A stretch of DNA of 64,000 nt from Chrysomallon squamiferum (taxonomy: Eukaryota; Animalia; Mollusca), in contig CM022665.1 in assembly GCA_012295275.1 (NCBI GenBank), positions 3,658,001-3,722,000 on the forward strand, given 5' to 3'. Of the stretch, positions 15,009-39,922 are shown in pieces; within the stretch, counting starts at the first letter, position 1, and each line of letters begins with the position of its first letter. The notes under the pieces were generated by a model. That model worked only from the letters and a program-made list of their open reading frames with translations. It was not told the DNA's origin and made no database searches. The position numbers and the translations under genes were made by a program.

Positions 15009-15434
15009 TGTGTTATGTTATGTTTAAACATTATATTTAGTTGTCAGACATGATAAACTGGTATCACTCCATGAGCTACTGTTTATGATTAATAGCAAGT
15101 AACCTTTTCTATGCACCTTCCCACTGAAAGGAGAGAACACAAACTGAAAACTTATTCACAGGACTCTGACTGGAACAAGGTATATTTCAAAGAGTTTACC
15201 AAGTACTGATCTTATGATATATGAAACCTAGACACAGTGCTCTAACCACTGAGCTATCAAATATTTTCAAAGCAGTTCAAAGATTAAAAAAGATTCAGTA
15301 CTTGTCTGAATGTTTGAGAGTAATGTACTGTTCAGTTACTTCTGCAGATGTTATCAGTTGAAATTTTTAATATTTCAATTTATTTTAATTTTTAAATTGT
15401 TTTTATTTTGTTATTATTTTAAATTTTATTTTGT

Positions 15435-15487
<53 letters not shown>

Positions 15488-18400
15488 CTTTATCTTTTTA
15501 TTTTAATTCACCAATCATTTGGATACAGTCTTATTTTTTTGGTGGAAGAAATTAAACAGATCAAAAACACTATAACAAAGTAATAAAGTATTTATGTGTT
15601 TTATAAATTATTCACAGATCTAAAGAATGGATATTAATGTTACTGACAGATAATTAAAAACAAGATTCACTAACCATTAACTCCTCACATTTTAAATTTA
15701 ATATTGGACATCAAGAAAAACAAGGCCATTTATAACACACACATACACACACACAAATGCAAATAGGCACAAATATATACACTCACACCACCATATTTAC
15801 ACACATACTCACACACTCACATACACATACATACTCATATACAAACTTCTACAATCCTCACTGAAGTTCTCTCACAACAATAAACCAATGTCCACTGTTC
15901 CATTTGAGAATAACCTCCATTCTAAATAGACAATGTATATGAAACACAAATAAAAAACAAATAAAATGCAATAACCTCAAAACATTCTTTAAACACTATA
16001 AATTACTAGTGTCTGATGTAGTTACTTGAATAATCTTTTTACTGGCTTAGGGCTATTTACATAATCCATGTAAATAACTTCTGTTGGTTGCTTCTTTCTC
16101 TGAGATTGGCCAAGAATATTTTCATATTAATCATCTGCTGCCAATATACTCATTGTCCTTCCTAATGCCTTGGTTATGTAATTTTAGAATGTATCCAATC
16201 ATTCAAATTCCCAGGAGGATTTCATTATCCATGTTAATAATGCATATAACAACGATTGTTTTCATCTCATATTATCTTGAATGACATCCTGTCAACTAAT
16301 AAATGGTTTAAAATCTGCTTTGCAATGATAATGAGAGAATGGAACACATGCTAGCATTTACTGTCACTTTTCATAAAACACACAGCGGATCTTTTTTGAA
16401 TTTGAAAAAGCCTTAATTGACCACCAGAACAGAAAGTATCAAAAGTAAAAATAGTTTGATTAGTCTGATTTATATATTTCTCTCTCACACACACATATAC
16501 AAACATGTACACCTGCACACACACACCCATATACATATAAGCAAACTGTTTGTTGGTTTTTTGTCATCGTGAATTAAGTATTAATCCCAAAAATCTTAAT
16601 TTACATGTAATTTTGCCAGTTAGTCATTTGTTAGAAAACTATCTTCAGAACAAATTAGCCAAGTGCAGTATAAATTGCTGTAGATATGCCAGAAGCCAAA
16701 TTAAAAATAATATGTGTAATATTCAATAGGTAAGAGAAGCTAAAAATAAAATTTTTAAGAAAGATAAAAGTGAATAATAAATAAAATAATGCTAGTAATA
16801 ATGATGATGATAATAATTCTCATACAAATAATAACAATAATAATAATAATAATAATGGTGATGATGATTATGTTGATAATGACGATGATAAATAATAAAT
16901 ACAAATTAAAAATCATAATATTAATTGATAGCTGTGTAATATTACTATTATTTAACAGCCCAAAAGCAAATAAAACATACACCTGATTACTATGGCACAT
17001 ACATCTTTATCATCTGCTGAAACTGCCTGTCGTTGCTGACCACATTTTGTGGAGTCAAGGTTTTCTTGGATGCTGCCATAAAAGGTTTGGGTATGTGGTA
17101 ATGTCATCTGTTTCCCTGTAATCACAATATTGGCCAGTGCATCAACTCCAGTCAAATTATGCTTATAAGCACCAACAAGTCGTCCTCTTCTTCTCATGCC
17201 TTGTTTCTGCATCAGGCTTGTGAAATGTTTATCAAATATCATAATTAATTTTACTTTCTGCTCAAAGAGAATCAAGCAAACTGGTTTTAATTGTACATGG
17301 ACAATGACATAATTCTTATTTAAAAAACAGCAGCATTTTCCAAGAAAAATTAATACTAAGATCAGGCAAATATTAATAGGTAATGATAAAAAAATAATAA
17401 TCACATAAAACAGCAGCTTTTTATTAAAGTGCTGAAAGAAGAATAAAGAACTGACATGACATTGTTCCTGTTTACAAAACGGAAAGCAGCAGTATTATCC
17501 AAGAAAATTTAATTTTGAGATCAGGTCTGTGTTAACAGGTAATAATAATAATCACATAACACCAGAGCTGTTTATTAAACCTCTGAAAACAGAATAAAGA
17601 ACTGACACAACAGAATCCTCGTGAATGGAATTTATTGCCTGTTCTTTCTGCCTGGACCACATGGATTGTGCTTCAGGTCTGACAGAGTTAATAACTTTTT
17701 TTCACTTCAACTTGACGTCACCAATCCCGTTATTTTCAGAGATTTGGAAAGTGTGGTGAGGACATATTAAATCTTATCTGTACACAACATAAGAGAAAAC
17801 TCAGAATGGGGTCTTTATGAGAAAGTCATTTATCACAACTGGATTAGTGGTAAAGTGGTCTTCTGGAGTCGAATCATCGGCAATAATGCAAATTGACATC
17901 TGCCATGGAGAATAAACAAGCAGGTTTTACAGAATTCAGTAGACAGGCTTGAACACTACCTCCAGCAAGAGACTCTTCAGTATATCCAAGAAACTGTATC
18001 ATAACTCTCCCAGAGTCTGTGGACTCTTACAGGCTGTTACTCATACAAAACAACATAAATATAAAATGGGTTTTTAATACAGGTGCAGTAAATACCTCAC
18101 ACATGTAAATCATTCATTTCTGTCTGTTCAAAGAACTTTCTCCTGTCACTATACTAGTTGTGCTTGCAGATTACATTATCAAATACACTTTCAGTACATA
18201 AAGACCAATTGTTTTCCAGCAGATTATACTCAAAGATAAATATGTTGATTTAGAATTTAATAAACGTTCCTTACAAAGGTAATGTGCTCCAAATATGAAG
18301 TACTAGGTGAGAAATTTCAGTAAAACCAAACAAAACAGTGATTTATAGTGATTTACTGGTTTCCACAACAAACATACTCATAACATACATATAACAAATA

Positions 18401-18958
18401 TACACACATTCCCCCTTTGCCAAAACACACAATCACTCAATGTACATGCATCACCCATGCCAGTATACACAGTATCAGAGACATAGTCACAGAAGCAAAC
18501 TCACATAGAAAGTACTGTAAATTGATAAATAATTCTTTCCTTTTCTTTTTGTTTTTTGTTTTTGAAGGGAATAAAAAGTTGAGAAGAGCTGAAAGTCATA
18601 AACAGGAAGAAAAATGCACTCCTGCAGGTAGGATAGATATAATACACACAATTGCATCCAGACACAAACAAAAACACACATGTATATATACACTGATTCA
18701 AAAAGAGCTATACCAGATCCCAAGATTTAAATCAAAATCTTGTTTTTAATCACAAATATTACTAATTATTATTTTTTTTTCTATTTAATGAACACAGACA
18801 TAAAACTGTATAAAACATACATAAACTTTGAATAAACCTGTCACAAAGTGCTAGACAGTCCATCTAATTTTATTTTTTAGTCACATAAATAAATAAATAA
18901 GTAATATAGATATTATTAAAAGACTGGTCCATGTAGATGAGTGAATACATACAAAATG

Positions 18959-19002
<44 letters not shown>

Positions 19003-20656
19003 GACTTATATTCACATCAGCTTGAACTTGAGCACTTTTAATATAAATAAATTAACTTATTCATTTTTTTCCTTTATTATTATTATTATTATTATTATTA
19101 TCTATTTTATTAATATAATTATATTTATTTATTTTATTATTATTTTGTCATTATAAATCAATATTAGTTTAAGAATTATTTGAAATTTGTATGAATTTTT
19201 CTTAAATGACAAAAAACAAACAAAAAGAACCCAAAAAACAAAACAACAACATACCATAACCTTCCATCTCATTGTCAATCTCTCATGCACTTTTTACTTA
19301 GGAACAAGAAAATCCAAATATCAAAATTAATTAAATTGTTGTCATTACACTGAACTGAAACTCAAAACAGTTATGTTGCAGAACTTCAATTTTTGTAAAT
19401 GCTAATGCACAAAAAAGAGAGAAAAAAAAAAAAAAAAAAATGTTATATTTTTATAAAATACATCCCAGTAAAAAAGATGAAAAAACATTCAAGTATAATA
19501 CTTTGTTAGGTGTGAAACCTAATTTTGAAATGAAAATTTGAGAAAGTGGAACATGTGACATTTAAACATGTGGTCATATTTAGCTATACATTTTCAAAAT
19601 CAAATTAGTTTACATTAGATTTACAACCATATTCTCATATTTTCTAATTTACATGTACTCAAGAGAATAATTTAACTGGATAAAACTGTATTTTATGACT
19701 TTTTGACAGAGGTAGACAAATATAAAATCAAGTAAACAACAGTGATCCAAATTATAACAGTCTGATTTTTTTGTTGATTTTTTTTTGGGGGGGTGGACGG
19801 GGGAATATGTAATTTTCTTCTTGGTGCATTTGCATTAACAAAAATCTACTGAAATATCTTCTTGTTCATTTAAAAGTTCACAGATTTCTGTTTTAGTTCT
19901 ATGCATAATGTTACTAGTTTTAAAAAGTAAAAAATATCTTAATAAATATTGTAATAAAAACAATTAATTCCAAGATCAAGGAGGCTATTTTTATTTTTAT
20001 TTTTATTTATTAATTAATATTATTTTTGTAATACTAATAATAATAGTAGTAGTAGTAGTGTTTGTAGTAGTAGTAACAGTCTAATAAAAATAGCAGGTCT
20101 ATTCACAAAAGAAAATAAAAAATAAAAATAAATAAATAAATTGCAAAAAAACTAAGACATTACACCAGGTGAAATCTAACAAAATAACATAAAAATAAAT
20201 AAATAAATAAATAAAATACTTTGTTCAGTAGTACATGTAGGTAAATCAAGCAATTTCAGAGCCTTTGAAATAAACATAAATAAAACAAAGACATAAAATA
20301 TTTAAGAAATTGAATAAAAATACATTTTAAAATTTTGAGAATTATATATAATTAATTTTCATTTGTCTTTATGTTTGTCATATTTTAGATTTAAATGAAA
20401 AACTTTGTGAATAGAAAATCAGCATTAACATTTTAATCAAATGATAAATTAAATGTTGATTAAAGAATATTTCTACACTTACTAAATACTTTAGAAAACA
20501 AAAAAAGCTACAGTAACAATTTTTACATTAAAAAAGAAAACTACCATCCCTTTTTTTTTATTGTAAGTTAAACTCATTTTATTTTAAAGATAATTATAGT
20601 CATCTTAATGATGGTATTGTTTTCACTTTTCTGAAATCCACAATCCACCCATGAAT

Positions 20657-20693
<37 letters not shown>

Positions 20694-21135
20694 GTTTCTG
20701 ACTTTACTTTTAAAGCTTTTGTCCTATAGTAAACACAGAATAGCTAAATCTGTTAAGTAATAATTAACATAATTAGCAATTAACATGTTACCTCTTCTTC
20801 AGATACCCAAGCATTGAGTGCATCCACCCATTTGAGTCCAGCTGTTGAGACTCTGCCATGGTGGCTGACATCATCAGCGTCACTGAAATAACGATGTGTG
20901 TTTCGTGACAGTGATGGCAATGACAGAGAACACTGAGGATGTCTTTCGCACCTGGTTTCAGGTAATGGGTCTCTCCCTGGCATGTAACAGGCAAATGTAG
21001 ACTGACATCTTGATGGAATTTGCTGGCTTGTCAGTGGTACATTCTGAAAAAAAAAATAATAATAAAAAAAAACATTTTAAATAAAAAAATAAAATAATAA
21101 TAATAATAAATAAATAAATAAATAAATAATAATAA

Positions 21136-21222
<87 letters not shown>

Positions 21223-22639
21223 TGTGGATTACATCATGTGACTGCCTATCCTGAGTTCTGGCTGCACTAAAGAAATCAGGTCTAGCAACAGGCTAATCTT
21301 AAAAGTTTCTGAATTAAACAACTGTTTCACTACAATCTTGTAACAGAAAGGAAAGCTCATCATCATCTTTGATTCACTGTTTGTAGTAGGAAACAACCAA
21401 ATAGGTGCATTGTTAATAATCACTCAGCCAGTCTTTAATGCTTCTGAGGGTTATATCATTAAGTCTTTGAACAGAAGCAGTTAAAATTTTAATCAAAACT
21501 CAAAAGTGATAATACATAGGCCTATTCATATTTCTACTATCATATGTTGTTTGTTGATGTTTTTATTAATAAAGCCATGCTCATTAGATATTCACCCAAT
21601 CAGCTTGTAGAGGCCAAAAATGGATACTGCAGATTTCAGCCATTTTGCTTGATGAGCTCAGGCTTTGGGGTACACATGAGGAAATGAAGAAATTAATAAT
21701 TTCAAATCTAACCCCTGACAAAAACAAGAATCCAGAGAGGTGTCAGAAGACAGGAAGTACTGTTCACGCACTTGAATATTTGTTAACTGAGTAAATATGT
21801 CATTTGGTGCAGCATAAGAAGGCGGCAGAGTTACAATTTTAAATCAAAATTAAATGTCAAGTTACTTTAAACATAACTTGTATTATTTGTTAAATATATG
21901 CAAATGAAATGATTTTATTCTTTTGATAAATATCACATGCTCTTCCATGGAAATGGGATAATTATCAAAAGTATAAAAGATGTACTTGTGAAAAGGTTAA
22001 AGTGAAAATCCAAGATTTGTTTATGCACATATTTTAGTACTGATGTTTAAAATGTTCACATTTACAAGTTAATTTCTCTGTTTATTTTAAACTTTTGAGA
22101 TTCCACAAACTTAAAAAAAAAAAATAAATGTTAACAATTTTTTGCTTGTTTTGGATTTAATGTAACTAAACCCGGTTAAGTATGTATATATTCCAAAACA
22201 ATTATGTGAAAGAAATACTAATAACACTTTAAACAACAAAAACCCTCCCCCAAAACTGTTATTTTAGTTCGCTTCTGCTGCCAATGTATTATTGGACGTC
22301 AAACACAAACAGCCTGGTTCCATTTAATGCAGAGATTTCTTATTTTCTCTTAGAAACGTGTTGGAAATTAACTTAAGGATTGATAAAGTATTAAAACAAA
22401 ACCCACACAGGCCGTGCAGATATAGTCCGACTTACGCTGGGTACGTATGAATTTGTATGATAAAATGGATGGAGAAAGTCGAAGTGTGTTCCACTGACAC
22501 TGATTCTTAATGCATTAGAATCATCCTTAATAAAAACTCTATCAGATGCACTCGGTATTCGATAAGCAGTCTGGAATCGTTCACGTTCAAAATAATCACT
22601 GTCGTATGTTATTCCACATAATGATGGCGTGATAGCCAT
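1..22639 (-). CDS. Uncharacterised multi-exon protein, about 700 aa within the window, 3' end beyond the left edge; N-terminal region of ordinary complexity followed by acidic/Pro/Ser/Lys-rich low-complexity C-terminal region
   Basis: Hand-built GT-AG exon chain with compatible phases: 22639-22436 (MAITPSLCG...YVPS), 21043-20792, 17206-17003, 13782-13683 (frame problem, see findings), 12970-12887, 11399-11378, 8988-8880, 8587-8252 (acidic, NEDNEEERNEREE), 5678-5439 (or 5424), 3829-3698, 3333-3196, 2008-1892, 1204-1154, 1007-981, 87-<1. No family recognised. Some boundaries are uncertain. Confidence 0.7.
838..888. repeat. (TG)n microsatellite
   Basis: Perfect TG run seen directly. Confidence 0.95.
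6631..7226. mobile_element. Non-autonomous Tc1/mariner-superfamily (pogo/Tigger-like) MITE
   Basis: TIRs CCGTATATACTTGTGTATAAG (left) and CTTGTACACAAGTATATCCGG (right, 2 mismatches), flanked by TA at 6629-6630 and 7227-7228. Repeated subterminal TCGACTTATAC motifs. No transposase ORF. Confidence 0.85.
15010..15257 (-). mobile_element. Decayed tRNA-derived SINE
   Basis: Minus strand begins TAGCTCAGTGGTTAGAGCAC (tRNA 5' end/A-box) at 15256. B-box is degenerate and there is no cloverleaf. The 3' end runs into (AACAT)2 and a (CA)n tract (14955-15006). Similar body fragments at about 35870-36000 and 36530-36780. Confidence 0.55.
17326..17610. repeat. Diverged local tandem duplication (two copies of about 130 bp)
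   Basis: CAGCAG..CCAAGAAAA..AGATCAGG..AATCACATAA..TTTATTAAA..GAATAAAGAACTGACA occurs at about 17326-17460 and 17482-17610. Confidence 0.8.
21150..21221. repeat. (AAT)n microsatellite
   Basis: Seen directly. Confidence 0.95.
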
Positions 22640-23474
22640 TAAAGGTAAAACACATCAAAAATCAAAGCTGTAACTATCAACTTTCTTCGAATGTATTTGC
22701 GCTTACTGATCCCAGCTTTTGACGTTAGAGTAAAAAAAAAAAAAAAGAAAAAAAACAACAACAACAAAACCACCCCAAAAAACCATAAAAAGAATATTTA
22801 ATTTTTTTTTTTTTTTTTTTTTTTTTAAAGCAAAACCACAGCAAAACTATTAATCAGTTTCGAGATCCCCGACAGTCGCGAATCGTGCGCCTAATGTTAA
22901 ACATACAGCTGTTATTTTTAGACAATTATTATTGTTCACGTTGTCTACTTAGCGTGTTGAATTCTAATTATCAAAGGAAAATACAAATAATGATCTTAAT
23001 ACAATTTTAGGACAAACGCTTCTTCAAATAATAATAATAAATAAATAAATAAATAAATAACATTAACAAAACGAAAAAAGAAAATGTGAAATGTATGTGG
23101 ATCATTATTAGGGCGGATACAATTTTTATTATCTAAAACGAAACAGCTGAAAGTATCGGTCACCAAAACCAGATAAATATTATAGATGGAACGACTGAAG
23201 CGCACCAGCAGACAGAACTACTAAAATAATTGTTCGTTGATCTTTTATTATCTTATCATTAGGTTTCATAAAATGTTTGAGAAATGTACTTAAATGATTG
23301 TAAAAGATAATACAGAGAAATAAAATGTTTTACACATATCGATATATATATATTTTTTATTATTTATTTTATTATTATTATTTTTTTCAAACGAATTTGT
23401 TGAAGAACTTGTTTAGACAAATAGAATTTCTCATGGAAATTTTTAAATCGATATGCCCGAACTAACAACACTAG

Positions 23475-23524
<50 letters not shown>

Positions 23525-24572
23525 ATTTGTAAATTATGATTTGTTTTATTTATTTATTTTGACATGGCAGTTATAGGGTGCGTTTGAATGTGCATATTAT
23601 TTAAGTACAACCATGTGTTGTCTTCTAAGTGAAAATAAATAATATAAACAAACACAAAACAATACAATAAAACAAATATGCTGTGTTGCAGTGCCATACA
23701 AAAGAGGTATGTGTACTCTTTTATTTCTCCATTTATTATGCAGTCGAAATAATAGATTTAATATACCAAATTTGTATTCAGATGTAAAAGAACATCCGAT
23801 ATATTTTAAAAATAAAAAAAGAAGAAGAAGAAATCATTAAATAAATAAAATAAAATAAAATAAAATAAAATAAAATAAAATAAATTAATAAAATATAATA
23901 AAATATAATAATTTTTATGTCATTATTACTATCATTATTATTTTTTTTTTTTTAAGTTACCAGATATATATGGACATAAAACAAAAAACTGTGTTGAACA
24001 TAATAGCTTATATGTTTAGTTTCACTCTTTACCCCACGCATATCTTGTTTTCACAGTCACATTTTTTGTCGTTATCATCTCACTAAATCTGTTTCTTAGA
24101 TTACATCAGACAACAAAACAAATAATTTCGAATTCATACTCTAAAGAAAATATAAAACAGGGAAAAACGAAATAGAAAGGAAAATGTATTAAAGCATGCA
24201 ACCATGTACAGTAAGTCCTAGATAAAATAGATCTCTATTCAACGGTCAGGTAGCGCACAAAGATTGAGCAGACTAATTTCTTTAGGACGGAAACAAGCGC
24301 TTCGTATCATGTGATAGGCAGCGCTAACCGTGAATGGCAGACATAGAATAGTCCCACCTAAGCATTCCATAGCATGTTAACAGATGTTATGTGAAGCTCA
24401 TCTTGTATCAGGGATCATTTAGTGATCATAATTATTAAATTTTATAAATTTAAAATGTTTTACATAAGCAAATGACACCTCTCCCTCCGTTTGTTGAAAG
24501 TGGGACTTGTAAGGTGCTAGTTTATAACTGACCAACACTACCAGTCAGACAGACAGTCAGACGAAAATTAAC

Positions 24573-24679
24573 ATGCTAATCAGAGCGAGCTGTTGTGAAG
24601 CACGTTTGCGACAGGGACGCTCTCTGACAAAGTATGCCACTATCATTCAAAGACAGAACCTAAAAATATTTTACTTTAA
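24573..24679 (+). CDS. Candidate alternative first coding exon of malic enzyme (mitochondrial presequence-like)
   Basis: AAC-ATG start. MLIRASCCEARLRQGRSLTKYATIIQRQNLKIFYF is Arg-rich with one acidic residue. Phase-2 donors AA|GTATGC and AA|GTACGT. TATA-like TTTATAAC at about 24521. Splice partner not proven. Confidence 0.35.
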
Positions 24680-24915
24680 GTACGTTAAATGTTTCAAATT
24701 ACAGTATTAAATTTATTTTAAAACAAAAATATTAAAACAAATTACAGAGTTATAATATTAAAAATATTTTGAATCATTTGCGATTTAACGAACTTCAGTA
24801 AAAACGGACAGGCTTTTTACCTCTGTTAGAGAATTAAATCGCGGGTCTACTCTATCTTGATCTAGTTTTTCGATTTTAAAGGGGATTTCTATATAGAAGT
24901 ATGTTTTATAGTACA

Positions 24916-24964
<49 letters not shown>

Positions 24965-25214
24965 TAAAAGTCAGAGATATAGTATATGTAAAACAGTAAT
25001 ATATATATAAGTAAAAATAGAAAAAAACAATGAAAGACATCTGGGACGAAACGTCTGCATTATTTAAGTCATTTAACATATTATTTACATTTCCTTCAGT
25101 TAATTTATGCGATAATATCGTGGACAGAATCGTAGATCAATGTTTTTGCATTTCTCTCTTCACAACAAACAAGTAATCTTTGCCCAGCTAAAAGAGAGAT
25201 TCATAAAAATTTGG

Positions 25215-25245
<31 letters not shown>

Positions 25246-25520
25246 ATTATTATTATTATTTAATTTTTTTTTTTTTCTGGTCATAAGATAAATAGCTGTA
25301 AAATTTCTTTATTAAAAGTTCAGTGCTCGCTATATCAAATTTGAACTTTCCCGTCGACATATGAAGCGAAAACATTTTTGGTCACTTGAAAAATATATTA
25401 TTTTTATCTGTAAAATACAGTTTCCTTCATTGCTTTTTATAGTTTACTTTTATATTTTAAATATATATAAGTCTTGGTCCACAGAATCCCTTGCCCTATA
25501 AATGGTCTGGTACCCATACC

Positions 25521-25784
25521 CAGGGTTGGATTTAATGTGCTTGCCGCCCATAGGCTAAAGAAATTTTACCGCCCCCTCCTCCAGGCTCAAGTCCCCCTCA
25601 CCCTTCCCACTTAGTTTATATAATATGAATGGTTATAACTTATGATCTAGATGAAAGCAAAAACATGGTTTTACATTTATATAATGATTTATTTATAAAT
25701 CAAATGTGAAAATACGAATTTATGTAACATGAACTGCCGCCCTAGGCACTAGCCTAGAAAGCTTATATGGGAAATCCGGCCCTG
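25521..25784. mobile_element. hAT-superfamily MITE
   Basis: TIRs CAGGGTTGGATTT / AAATCCGGCCCTG with a perfect 8-bp target-site duplication CCCATACC (25513-25520 and 25785-25792). An 8-bp TSD with CAG ends is typical of hAT. Confidence 0.9.
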
Positions 25785-25956
25785 CCCATACCTACCTCTT
25801 GATCTTTCTAAATGGTCTACAGACAGCTCGACATTTTATTTGAAATCAGATTTAAAAGTAATCACCACTATTAGGAAATATCAATATTTAAAGAATAGAA
25901 AAAATAAAAAATAAAAAATAAAAATAAATAAACGAAAATAATATCTATCTATCTAT

Positions 25957-25958
<2 letters not shown>

Positions 25959-26022
<64 letters not shown>
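25959..26022. repeat. (AT)n microsatellite
   Basis: Seen directly. Confidence 0.95.
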
Positions 26023-26024
<2 letters not shown>

Positions 26025-26263
26025 TTATATATATATGATTCAGAATGACCGAGTTAAAAAAAAGGCTATAAATAAAATTTAATATATATATGTAATATTA
26101 AAGTAAGTATATATAATAAAAGTAATGATAATGAAAAAAAAAAAAAAATAATAAAAATAAAAAAAAACGTCCGTAAATGTAAAGCTAATTAAGAACAAAA
26201 AGAAAAGAAAAACAAACGTCGTCAGCAAAAACAAAACTAAAAAAAAACACACAAAAAAAAAAA

Positions 26264-26299
<36 letters not shown>

Positions 26300-26934
26300 T
26301 AAATAAAGTAACAAATAAATAATGTATGTAATCTTTCCTGTGTAATTATTACGATTCTAACATGTGGCAACGGCGACTCAGTCTTTTTGTGTAAATATGA
26401 CGCACTTGATGTATTCTTTTATGCTTTCTATTCGTAACAAAATTTAAATATAAAATTTGAGAATTTCAAGATATTACAGCCGCCGTAAAGATTATTTAAA
26501 AACTTATCACTGACCTAAACTGAATGCATTACCCCCCACCCCAAAATGCCGTCGTCTGCTTCAGTATAAAACGCTGATGTCAAGAAAAACGTAGTGTGCT
26601 CATCTTATAATAATAAATGTAACAAATATGTAATATATTGATCTTATATTACGTTAAGGATAAGGGACATCCTTTCCTGGAATAGTTTAATGAAATTTTT
26701 AAACTACGCATATAATTTATTTATTTATTTGTTATAAAGTGTTATAATTTTTATTATTCTTAAGTGGCATTAAAAGTACAAAATAATTACATGTATACAC
26801 CGTACGATGAAAATCTTTTTTTATTGGGTATTTCATATACTGAAGAGAAAATAAAATTAATGAAAAAATAAAATGAAAAAGCCAAAAAAATAAAAATAAA
26901 AATAATAATAATAAATATGAAAACGAACTGTAGA

Positions 26935-27095
26935 TACATTACGTAACGCAACGCCACGATCATGTGATCACATGCGAAGCTTTCCGTTTGGCGTATTATT
27001 GACACAGCCTCGTTTAACTGTACATATCCTCAGCATTACATCAGCTCTCTGAGATTCGCGATTCACGTTCGCACTAAAACTTGGGTGTGCTAATT
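26935..27095 (+). promoter_or_regulatory. CpG-rich proximal promoter/5' region of malic enzyme with a double E-box palindrome
   Basis: CpG-dense stretch immediately 5' of ATG 27096. Perfect palindrome CATGTGATCACATG at 26961-26974. Confidence 0.5.
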
Positions 27096-38988
<11,893 letters not shown>

Positions 38989-39856
38989 CTTTAGTATAAT
39001 CATTTTAATTTTGGGTTTTTAAAAATATCTATATAATCAGAATGTGATTATTTTTAGAAACATTTAAGACGGCAGTTAGCCCAAAACAGTTACATTTACG
39101 TGGATCTGTGACATCAGGTATTACTCTAAAGCTTTACTATATTTTATTTTAGGTTTTTTTAATTATATATTCGAACATGGTTATTTTTGGAAACGTTTAA
39201 GACGGCAGTAGCCAACCCCACCCACTCCCAGAAAAAAAGAAGAAAAACAAAAACAAAAAACAAGCAAAGGGAAAAAAAAAAAAAAACTTACAACAACAGA
39301 TGATGTTAAGATGGATCTGTGTCATAGGGATGGCACGGAATTAGAACGCACAATAATTTACTTACATGAAAAATGTATTCCTATATTTTGTTTCTTCCTT
39401 TTGCCAAAAGATCTCTTTAAAACTGAAATCACTCATTTTTAAAACTAACATTTTTGAAAAGATTCATAGACATATATGTACATATTTATTTGTTTTATTT
39501 TAAGACATGATGCTACAGGCACCGTATATATATATATAGACAATCAGACAGATGGCAGACCTCCACTTCATCTTTTATTCTATTACAGTTCACTTTTTTA
39601 TTTACAGGCTGCAATGGATAAGTATTAGCAATAGCATTTTAGCATTTTCATGAATAATGCATTTATTATTGAAGTGGTTTTTGGCATGGCAGATCAAATA
39701 GGTTTGTCATTTGTCATTTAATATAAATCATTATAACTAAATCTTACTTTATCTAAAACTTCTTTTTATTTTTACTTTTTATTTTAAATTTAGTGTTGCT
39801 GATTTTTGATTTTTTATTTTATCATTTTGATGTATGGACAGAACTTTTTATACTGA

Positions 39857-39860
<4 letters not shown>

Positions 39861-39920
<60 letters not shown>
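39861..39920. repeat. (AT)n microsatellite
   Basis: Seen directly. Confidence 0.95.

Positions 39921-39922
<2 letters not shown>

Noticed and set aside
15190-15257. tRNA gene
   Set aside because: Only the 5'/A-box part matches; no intact T-arm/B-box or acceptor stem, so treated as a SINE head.
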